A stretch of DNA of 45,363 bases, taken from a virus (taxonomy: Duplodnaviria; Caudoviricetes). Position numbers and translations under genes: made by a program. Each line of letters begins with the position of its first letter. The stretch's first letter is position 1. The DNA is taken from the IMG/VR virus record IMGVR_UViG_3300030118_005059, positions 1 to 45,363 of that record; one strand, written 5' to 3'. The notes below the pieces were generated by a model. The model did not search any database. It worked only from the letters and a program-made list of their open reading frames with translations, and had not been told where the DNA came from. Below, piece by piece: positions 20,400 to 27,882 of this stretch.

Positions 20400-20786
20400 T
20401 CATTGAAGGACTGCTAAAAATTCATTACCAACGGTGTTATCATCCGTTTCTGCTTGGGTTGTATAAGGTAAACTAGTGTTATATTGTTTTGCACTTTCTA
20501 CCATCTTTCTTCTCTGTTGGTCATCCCTAGCCCTTCTTTCCCAAAACGCAGAAATCTTTCTATCTAGTAGCCAAATTTCTATCTTATCATTTAGGGCTAA
20601 GTCAAACAAAGCCTTCATAACCATTATTGCTCCTATTGTTCCAAGACCGAATAAGACAGAATGTGCTAATGCTCCATAAGGAAAACCTGTTCCTATTTCA
20701 GCATAAGCATAGACATTTGCCCCACTAACTGCTCCAACAAAAAGTATAGTCATTATTAATCTAGTATCTTGATTTAAAACTGCCAT
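20400..20786 (-). CDS. Membrane protein with 2 predicted TM helices (holin-like topology), 128 aa
   Basis: LIMTILFVGAVSGANVYAY and VLFGLGTIGAIMVMKALF, followed by a charged helical C-terminus. GAGGT SD. Confidence 0.65.
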   Translation of the reverse strand: MAVLNQDTRLIMTILFVGAVSGANVYAYAEIGTGFPYGALAHSVLFGLGTIGAIMVMKALFDLALNDKIEIWLLDRKISAFWERRARDDQQRRKMVESAKQYNTSLPYTTQAETDDNTVGNEFLAVLQ

Positions 20787-20795
20787 TGTAAAACC

Positions 20796-21077
20796 TCATG
20801 AGAATTCAATAGAGCATGCTACTGCCCCGCTTACTTCTTCGAAAAATAATCCATCATCACAAAGAACCGAGTGCATATCAAACTCTATTGTTTGCCCTGA
20901 AGATAATTTTAATCTTGCTATTTCTTTTCCGGAATTACTAGTTCCATCAAATACTTTTATTTCTGCTGTGCTTCCACCGACTTCACAAGCATGAATAGAA
21001 ACTAGTCTACAACTACCAGTAAAGACAATTGCATCTGCCGTTAATACTCCGCTTGTTCTACAACCACCACTAGGCAT
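20796..21077 (-). CDS. Small beta-rich protein, possible virion component, 93 aa
   Basis: Beta-strand pattern (RLVSIH...IKVFDG.SNSG.EI...GLF). GAGGAG SD. First gene after a candidate promoter. Confidence 0.55.
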   Translation of the reverse strand: MPSGGCRTSGVLTADAIVFTGSCRLVSIHACEVGGSTAEIKVFDGTSNSGKEIARLKLSSGQTIEFDMHSVLCDDGLFFEEVSGAVACSIEFS

Positions 21078-21110
21078 AATATCTCCTCAAACAGCGTTAG
21101 TTACAATACC

Positions 21111-21124
21111 TATTATAACTTTCC
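21111..21124 (-). promoter_or_regulatory. Putative archaeal promoter (BRE + TATA)
   Basis: GGAAAG-TTATAATA in one of the few intergenic gaps, 33 nt upstream of the ATG at 21077. Confidence 0.55.
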
Positions 21125-21133
21125 TAAGCCAAT

Positions 21134-21469
21134 CTACTCTTTCTTTGGAGTTTTTGCCTTAGTAGTTTTAGGTTTTGTTGTCTTTGGTTTTGTAACTTTA
21201 GCCTTCTTCGGTATTAGCAAATCTACTAAGTCTTGATGAGTTTTTATTTCTTTTTTTGTTTCGGTAGAGGCCAATTTTAATTTGGCCTTGTCTAACTCAA
21301 GAATATCTTTTTCATCTTCCTTAGTAAATTCAAACATAAAGTCAGGATGACCTAGCATAGATATAGCAATTCTTAGAGGAAACTCAACGGGTGTATCTTT
21401 GGTTATCAATACACCCGCTAAGTTTTTTTTCTCTATTTTTGCCCCATCTGTTATTCTAACAGTTGGCAT
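21134..21469 (-). CDS. Hypothetical protein with Lys/Thr/Pro-rich tail, 111 aa
   Basis: GAGGT SD. C-terminus PKKAKVTKPKTTKPKTTKAKTPKKE. Confidence 0.6.
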   Translation of the reverse strand: MPTVRITDGAKIEKKNLAGVLITKDTPVEFPLRIAISMLGHPDFMFEFTKEDEKDILELDKAKLKLASTETKKEIKTHQDLVDLLIPKKAKVTKPKTTKPKTTKAKTPKKE

Positions 21470-21478
21470 TTAAAGACC

Positions 21479-21832
21479 TCACAGGTTGCCCCAAACTCTT
21501 AGCCTAACAGAACCACCATTAGCATCGTTAGCCAATGTATTGTTTGTTCCATCTAATGCTGTAAACATTAGAGCAATTGAACTTAGAGATTCATAATCTC
21601 CTGTTGCGGAACATTCAATTTGTGGTTGAATTGCATTAGCATTATCATGGCCTGTTATAGTTGCACAAGTTATAGTAGATAGTCCAAATTCACTAGCAGG
21701 AATAACCGAACCAGTTGCTACAACTTTAGTTAAATCAACAAGTGCATCAACTACATACTCATCACCGACTGCTCTAGGATTAGTATATCCCTTATGGTCT
21801 GCTAAAACTGTAACTGTAAATTCTAGTGCCAA
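21479..21832 (-). CDS. Putative capsid decoration/minor head protein, 117 aa (TTG start)
   Basis: Immediately downstream of the MCP, beta-rich, GAGGTGA SD. Confidence 0.5.
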   Translation of the reverse strand: MALEFTVTVLADHKGYTNPRAVGDEYVVDALVDLTKVVATGSVIPASEFGLSTITCATITGHDNANAIQPQIECSATGDYESLSSIALMFTALDGTNNTLANDANGGSVRLRVWGNL

Positions 21833-21842
21833 TTAAATCACC

Positions 21843-23228
21843 TCAGACTAGGTTTGTAATCTTGCCTTGTCCTCTAAAGTATGAACAACCAGTTTCACCA
21901 ATAGTTCGGTAAAGTGCTTGGTTTCCTAGAGTTCCAACACCGAATGGGTTTCCGTTACTAATACCATCTTCAAAGTATTGAGTTGGTTTCATAACTGATA
22001 ACCATAGATGGTCAGTATCTAGAATCAACATATCAGAAAGTCCAGTAGATAGAGAGTGGTGCTTTGTTGATGGCATAGCCGCAACAGGAATTAGTGGGAT
22101 ATCGTAATAAGTAGAAACTCTAAATCCAACTTCTTGACCCTTTACACCACGAACACCGTTTACAGTTGGCACAATTTCTTTACCATCCATGAATCTTTCT
22201 TGTGCTTGTAGTAAATCGCTCAATGTCTGTAGAGTATCATATCCAGTTAGTATAACCTTCGGAGAACCACCGTTTTGTCGAATTTCTCTTAGAGTTTGGT
22301 TAATCAAACTTAGAGTCAAAGCCCTTTGACCACTTGCTGAGTAGGTTCCGTCATTTACAACTGCATTCATGAAAGAGGAGTTTGTTCCTGCTCTATCGCT
22401 GTTACCGAATAGAGTAGAAGTTTCTGCCTTTCCATTTGTCAAATCAGTATCGTCAAATGTTCCATTCTTAATCAAATCGTTTGCTTTCATGTTTTGTAGT
22501 TCTGCGTTGCTTGAAACAATCTTTAGTAGAGAAGTATAATTTCTCTCAATTGTTCCAACACTAGAAGAAATACCACCATCAAAGTCATATGCTTCTAGAG
22601 GCATAACTAGCATTTGGTTTTGAACTTCAGCGTGATGCTTACCCATATCTTCACGCATTTGCGCTCTAATATCTCCAATACCATCATCAATTTGTGCCAT
22701 TTCCATAGCAAGTTCAGAGAACTCGAATTGATGAGCGATAATCTTTGGGCTTGTAAATAGTGTAGAATACTTTGGTGCAATAGAAAACAATCCATCAGCA
22801 TTAGTTCCTAGTTTAGCATTCTCCGGAACACCACCAATCAAATCTGCTCTAAGTGAACTTGCCCCAATAAGTGCATCAGAGTTTGATGCTGTAGAATCAA
22901 GGTCAATAGATAGTGAATTTCCACTACCACCAGCAGGTCTTTCTACCAATACTCTCCAACCGCTTGAAACATAAGGCCTCTTTGAAATAACAGAAAGTGC
23001 GTTGCATTCTCTGTTTAGCATTGACCAAACTTTTTGGCCAAACACTCTATTATACAAAGCGGAAACATCACCAATAGTTCCAGTTCCGCTTCCTACTCCT
23101 AGTGTGGTATCGTGACCACTATGTAGTGCTTGAACTGCACCACTTTGCTTTAGCAATTGACCGCTAATTCCCGATATTCCATATGTTTGTCTCTCTAAAT
23201 CTGCTATTGTATTAATATATCCTGTCAT
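21843..23228 (-). CDS. Major capsid protein (HK97 fold), 461 aa
   Basis: Follows the prohead protease. HK97-type elements (IGGVPENA, PKIIAHQFEFSELAM, MGKHHAEVQNQML, PKVILTGYDT, YYDIPLIP, DMLILDTDHL). GGAGG SD. Confidence 0.88.
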   Translation of the reverse strand: MTGYINTIADLERQTYGISGISGQLLKQSGAVQALHSGHDTTLGVGSGTGTIGDVSALYNRVFGQKVWSMLNRECNALSVISKRPYVSSGWRVLVERPAGGSGNSLSIDLDSTASNSDALIGASSLRADLIGGVPENAKLGTNADGLFSIAPKYSTLFTSPKIIAHQFEFSELAMEMAQIDDGIGDIRAQMREDMGKHHAEVQNQMLVMPLEAYDFDGGISSSVGTIERNYTSLLKIVSSNAELQNMKANDLIKNGTFDDTDLTNGKAETSTLFGNSDRAGTNSSFMNAVVNDGTYSASGQRALTLSLINQTLREIRQNGGSPKVILTGYDTLQTLSDLLQAQERFMDGKEIVPTVNGVRGVKGQEVGFRVSTYYDIPLIPVAAMPSTKHHSLSTGLSDMLILDTDHLWLSVMKPTQYFEDGISNGNPFGVGTLGNQALYRTIGETGCSYFRGQGKITNLV

Positions 23229-23229
23229 C

Positions 23230-24495
23230 TTAATAACCTCCTACCATTTTGTGAATGTCTGACCAATCCATTTCAGCCAAATCATCCATACTTGGGAGTT
23301 CTGCCACAGCCGCTTCTTGTGCCTTTAGTATAGTTTCTTTCTCAGCAGTCAAAGACTTTCTTAGTTGAGTAAATTCATCCTTAAGGGATTTAATTTCTGC
23401 TTGAGCATCGTATTGTGACTTTGCCAAAATATTTTCTCTATTTGCCTTTTCTGCATGGAATCTTGCACTAAATTGCTTTTCTAGGTTATCTAGAGCAATC
23501 TTTTCTAGTTGCTCTTGTCGGAAAGACTCGTATGCCTTCTCGATATTTAGATTAGAAAGATTTAGTGTATCTAATTCATCATTGTTAAATGCTTTAACAA
23601 CTGGAAGTCCACTTGGTTTAGGATTGCCATTATCAATAACAATTCTATCAGCAGGTTCGCCAATTTCGACTCCTGCTCCATCTAGGGTTGAAACAAGGGC
23701 TTTTTTGTTTTCCATGAGTTTCTCATAGGACTCGCCACCTCTTTCCAATTCATCCATAGACTCCATGTCTTTCATAGATTCTTTTTCATCATCCATGTTT
23801 TCCATCAATTTCTCATCTTCCATAGACTCTTTCATGGATTCTTTTTCATCATCCATCATTTCAGTGTCCATCATTTCGGCCTCTTCTTTTCGTAGCGTAT
23901 TGACTTGCTCCATTAGAGTGTCAAGTTCCGCCAATGCTTTTTCTAACTTAGTCATTTTATTCACCTGTTTTTCTTGCTTTAAAATATCAAATCTTGCTTC
24001 TGGGTTTATTCCTTTTTCACAAATTGTTACCTCATGCAATTCAAGTTTGCTTATTTCGTTATAATCACCTAACTCCGGATGACTTTTCTTTACTTTTTGT
24101 AATGCCTGTCCCCCTATGCTAAATGACCTTAACGAACCTTTTCTTACGCCTCTTCCTATTTCTTTGGCTTTTTCTATATCATCTCTTAATTTAATTACAA
24201 CGAAGAATCCAACATCATCCACTTCTGTTTTCCACAATCTCCCCGTTTTATCTCTGTATGATTTTACTACTTCTCCAACTTGAACATTTGAGTGATTTGT
24301 CATTACATTTCTAAATTTTGGATTTTGCATATATTTTGTTACTGCTTCTTCTAAAGCCTTTAATGTAATTAAATCGTTTTGTTTATCTACGATTTCTATG
24401 CTTGCATATCCTCCAATCATCAAGTCTTGATTACTTTTTAAGATGGTAAAGTCATTGGCTCTATTACTTATCACCGCAGAACTCATACCTCTCAT
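23230..24495 (-). CDS. Prohead maturation protease fused to scaffolding domain, 421 aa
   Basis: IGGYAS...DKQNDLI, HSNVQVG (catalytic His), LRSFSIGG (catalytic Ser), LELHEVTIC..GINPEA typical of HK97/U35-like proteases. Coiled-coil C-terminal half. Confidence 0.88.
   Translation of the reverse strand: MRGMSSAVISNRANDFTILKSNQDLMIGGYASIEIVDKQNDLITLKALEEAVTKYMQNPKFRNVMTNHSNVQVGEVVKSYRDKTGRLWKTEVDDVGFFVVIKLRDDIEKAKEIGRGVRKGSLRSFSIGGQALQKVKKSHPELGDYNEISKLELHEVTICEKGINPEARFDILKQEKQVNKMTKLEKALAELDTLMEQVNTLRKEEAEMMDTEMMDDEKESMKESMEDEKLMENMDDEKESMKDMESMDELERGGESYEKLMENKKALVSTLDGAGVEIGEPADRIVIDNGNPKPSGLPVVKAFNNDELDTLNLSNLNIEKAYESFRQEQLEKIALDNLEKQFSARFHAEKANRENILAKSQYDAQAEIKSLKDEFTQLRKSLTAEKETILKAQEAAVAELPSMDDLAEMDWSDIHKMVGGY
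23706..23856 (-). repeat. Imperfect coding repeats in scaffold (MDDEKESMK x2, EKLMEN x2)
   Basis: 29-nt repeat at 23768-23796 and 23828-23856 (1 mismatch, 60-nt spacing). 21-nt repeat at 23706-23726 and 23796-23816 (2 mismatches). Confidence 0.8.
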
Positions 24496-24517
24496 TTCAA
24501 GGTTTTAATTCTTTCAC

Positions 24518-24525
24518 TATATAAA
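24518..24525 (-). promoter_or_regulatory. Putative archaeal TATA box for the protease-MCP operon
   Basis: TTTATATA 22 nt upstream of ATG 24495 in the intergenic gap. Spacing is compatible with a leaderless or short-leader transcript. Confidence 0.6.
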
Positions 24526-24543
24526 GAACACGGTATTTTCGAT

Positions 24544-27033
24544 TTAGTTTGGTAATTTAACAGAACTAAACTTATCTTCATAAATGTCCCAAATTCCCTC
24601 ATCTCCTTCTTTATCGGCAGGTTTCTGTTCATACCCAGTCCACGCTAACCATAACTTTTTGTCTTGAACAGGTAAATATCTAATATGTAACTTAGTTTCG
24701 AACTTGTTTCCTTCCAAGAAGTATTCATGATAGCCGTTTCTTTGAATACCTAATTTTATTTTACCATAATCAATTGTTTTTTCATTTTGCACATTCTCTG
24801 AAACTTGGGCGGGATATTTCCCTGCCGCACCAAATAAATCAAACAGTTCTTTTTCATCGTCTATTTGTATAGTCCAATGTAAATTTTTATCCGCTAGTCT
24901 AATAGAGAACTGTATATTTTCATCTTCTCTAAGTGATATTTTGAACTCACCCTCTCTATATTTTTCAGGTGTTTCATATTTTTTAATTTCGTCTGCACCA
25001 AATTTAAATTCGGGGTCTGCCTTTATTTTATTATTCTGTCCTTCTAATATCGGTTCTCGTTGAACAGCCCAATCTCTTAGTTTGTTTTGTTTAGCATCTA
25101 GTATATCTTGATACAAACTTCTATGATTAGTTACTAAGAATTCATGTAGTTGTCGAGTTGTTTGCTCTCCCTTCTTAGTTAGGAATTGATGAATAGCCGC
25201 AGTGAGTTCTCCCTGTTTTGTTTTCATTATCTCTATTGCCTTGCTTTTCCACATATCTAAATCTGCTAAAGCATTCTTTGACATTAAATTGTTTTCTTCA
25301 AAGCCATAAAGGGTAAAACCATTCATATCGTATTTGAGAATAGCAGTAGTTTCTCCATGAACATAATCTGTTACCTTGATTCCCTTTTCCAATGCTGAAA
25401 CATCATAGTTCAAAGACTTCTTTGTGTCTTTAGCGAGCATGGCTAAAGTAACTAATTTATCCGGATATTCTACTTCCGGAACTTCGATTACCTTAGCAGA
25501 AAATAAAGAGTAACCGTTAGCCGTTTTCTTAACTTCATCTACTTTTACTCTAATAATATCCCCAACATCAACTGCTATCTTAGTGTTTAATGCCTTACCT
25601 ACATTTAGATATTTTATTTCATCTATTTCGACAGTATTTGGTATTTCGTCTAATATCGGGCCAACTCCTACACTATAGGAATGCAAACCACTTTTTGTTT
25701 TGGTTTTACTAAGAACCACTACATCTAAATCAACAAACTTCTTCCACTTAATCCATTTAGGGTTTTTCTTAGTTCCTAAATAGTAAGTCGAAGTAATATC
25801 TTTGATTACAACTCCTTCAGCAGTTGGTATTTCCATAATCTCTTTAGCATATTCATTGACTTCTTTTATTGAGTCTGCAAATCTAGTATCTTTCTTTGAA
25901 GGGAATAATAGAACATCGGATGAGTGTTGAGAATAATTATTAAATAAAGTTCTAATTCTACTATCCAACTCTTCTTCTAGTAACATTTGAGAATCATGTC
26001 TCATAATATCAAAGACATGGGCTTTTAGTGTGGCTTCAGGATATTTGTTTTTAAACACATGAGCAATTGTATCAGCCCTATGTAATGCTTCTTTTCCATC
26101 AAATAAGATAAGTTCTGCATCTAATATACATTCGCCAAAGTGTTTTTCCTTTAGTTCTTTAACTATGTCTTTACATTTATCAGTAATATCCTTTTCATTA
26201 TAAGAATAAACTCTTACATTATTGTCTATTTTATGCAATTGTATTCTCATACCATCGTATTTTTCTTGAACAACATACTCTCCACTAAATCCCTTTAGTT
26301 CATTCATGTCACTTATTTCAAATATTCTATACATTGGTTTATTTGGAACAATAAAATCACTTTGCGCTTTTTCTGCCTTTTTCATATCAATATCTAATAG
26401 TTCATTCCAGTCCTCTTCACTATGCTGTGAAAAGAATATCAGTTCTAACATATCCATAGCGGCCTTTACCTTAGCCTCCACTTTTTTAGAATCTTTACCA
26501 TCACCATAATTTTCTATTATGTATAATGCAACATCATCCGGTTCTAAATCTAATCCTGCTAAACCATCTGTAAGAGTATCTTCTTCCATATCCTTAACTT
26601 CTAATGTTTCTTTACCAAGAGCATGAGTATTATCTCTAATAGCATAGTGAACAAATTTAACCATTGATTCGGGATTATCTAATAACTCTTCTAAAACCCC
26701 TTCTCCGAATCTTTTAGCAAATGGGTCTATAACTACATCTGACTTATATCTAATCAGTTTGATATCCTCATATAGTTCTCTCGCTTGAGGAGAAGTAGGG
26801 TCACTAACATCTCTATGTTCTAATAGTTTCTTTTCTATGAAATTCTTTAGTTCTCTACCTGCCACATCTAATTCTTCATATGATTCTCTTATTTGCTCAA
26901 CCGCCTTTCTCCACTTCTGACCATACTCTTTCGGGTCATTATTAGCAGATAAAAAGGCCACTCTAGTTATCTCAAATAATTTTACTAACTCTACCGATGA
27001 ACGCTTGTCTTTTTCAAAAGAGCCGAGTTTCAA
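24544..27033 (-). CDS. lig: ATP-dependent DNA ligase with N- and C-terminal extensions, 829 aa (TTG start)
   Basis: Nucleotidyltransferase motifs: I QEKYDGMR, III ILDAELI, IIIa HVFDIM, IV EGVVIK, V WIKWKK, followed by an OB-fold-like region. Confidence 0.88.
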   Translation of the reverse strand: MKLGSFEKDKRSSVELVKLFEITRVAFLSANNDPKEYGQKWRKAVEQIRESYEELDVAGRELKNFIEKKLLEHRDVSDPTSPQARELYEDIKLIRYKSDVVIDPFAKRFGEGVLEELLDNPESMVKFVHYAIRDNTHALGKETLEVKDMEEDTLTDGLAGLDLEPDDVALYIIENYGDGKDSKKVEAKVKAAMDMLELIFFSQHSEEDWNELLDIDMKKAEKAQSDFIVPNKPMYRIFEISDMNELKGFSGEYVVQEKYDGMRIQLHKIDNNVRVYSYNEKDITDKCKDIVKELKEKHFGECILDAELILFDGKEALHRADTIAHVFKNKYPEATLKAHVFDIMRHDSQMLLEEELDSRIRTLFNNYSQHSSDVLLFPSKKDTRFADSIKEVNEYAKEIMEIPTAEGVVIKDITSTYYLGTKKNPKWIKWKKFVDLDVVVLSKTKTKSGLHSYSVGVGPILDEIPNTVEIDEIKYLNVGKALNTKIAVDVGDIIRVKVDEVKKTANGYSLFSAKVIEVPEVEYPDKLVTLAMLAKDTKKSLNYDVSALEKGIKVTDYVHGETTAILKYDMNGFTLYGFEENNLMSKNALADLDMWKSKAIEIMKTKQGELTAAIHQFLTKKGEQTTRQLHEFLVTNHRSLYQDILDAKQNKLRDWAVQREPILEGQNNKIKADPEFKFGADEIKKYETPEKYREGEFKISLREDENIQFSIRLADKNLHWTIQIDDEKELFDLFGAAGKYPAQVSENVQNEKTIDYGKIKLGIQRNGYHEYFLEGNKFETKLHIRYLPVQDKKLWLAWTGYEQKPADKEGDEGIWDIYEDKFSSVKLPN

Positions 27034-27047
27034 AACAACCCCGCCCT

Positions 27048-27293
27048 TTAGAAATCATATGTATCTCCGGCTTGGCCGTAACCTACATTAGTTCCTTCTG
27101 TTTGACTTTTAGGAACATTTTCTTCTTTTGTTGCTTTAGGTCTTTTTATCTTTATTGCCTCGCTTTTATCTTCGGCAGGATTTATGTTGTTGTTTCCTAA
27201 CTGATGTAGCATCTCTTTAACTTCTTTGGCCTTTTCTATTGTCATAGAAATAACTCTTTCTTTCTTTGTAACTCTTTCCGGCATATAACTCAT
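27048..27293 (-). CDS. Hypothetical protein, 81 aa
   Basis: Packed ORF overlapping the upstream stop. Confidence 0.55.
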   Translation of the reverse strand: MSYMPERVTKKERVISMTIEKAKEVKEMLHQLGNNNINPAEDKSEAIKIKRPKATKEENVPKSQTEGTNVGYGQAGDTYDF

Positions 27294-27520
27294 CCCATCC
27301 TGTCTACCATTTTATGAATTTCGCTCCATTCCATTGTTGAAACTTCTTCTTGAGAATCAATGACTTTCATAGTTGGTCTTGGACTATCTGCTACAACATA
27401 ACCTGATTTCATTAACAGGTTATCGTTGTTATAGACTGCCTTTTCTAAGTTTTCTATTTTAGTAGTAAGGGCTTTTATAATCTCAAGTAGTTCTTCATTA
27501 ATTGTATTTTCTTCACTCAT
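27290..27520 (-). CDS. Small coiled-coil protein resembling the scaffold C-terminus; likely start ATG 27520
   Basis: GGTGA SD at 27526-27530. Ends MEWSEIHKMVDRMG, compare scaffold MDWSDIHKMVGGY. Confidence 0.65.
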   Translation of the reverse strand: MSEENTINEELLEIIKALTTKIENLEKAVYNNDNLLMKSGYVVADSPRPTMKVIDSQEEVSTMEWSEIHKMVDRMG

Positions 27521-27878
27521 TTTTTTCACCTCTTCTCTTAGGATAGACTAAATCTCTAATTTGTCTGTAAAGAAGTTCATACTCTTTACGAAGTTTCGTA
27601 GCGGTAGCGACTATATCAATATTCCTTTCATCCATTGACTTAACCTTTTTATTTAATTTTTTATCGGCTTTGGTAAAATCTAAGCCATCAATCATCTCTA
27701 ATAAATCGCCTAGTTTAGTAAAATCTTGACCAAAAAACTCAGTTGGTTCAGCCGCTTGTAATGTTTTCTTTAGTCTTTTTTTCTGCTTTGCATCTAAAGA
27801 ATCTAGTATATTTTGAGATTTTTTTTCTTCCTTAGATATATCAAATTGTTTTCCTTCGTTATAGTAGTCCCATGTCAT
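27513..27878 (-). CDS. Hypothetical helical protein, 121 aa
   Basis: GAGGA SD, packed in operon. Confidence 0.6.
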   Translation of the reverse strand: MTWDYYNEGKQFDISKEEKKSQNILDSLDAKQKKRLKKTLQAAEPTEFFGQDFTKLGDLLEMIDGLDFTKADKKLNKKVKSMDERNIDIVATATKLRKEYELLYRQIRDLVYPKRRGEKNE

Positions 27879-27882
27879 ATCC

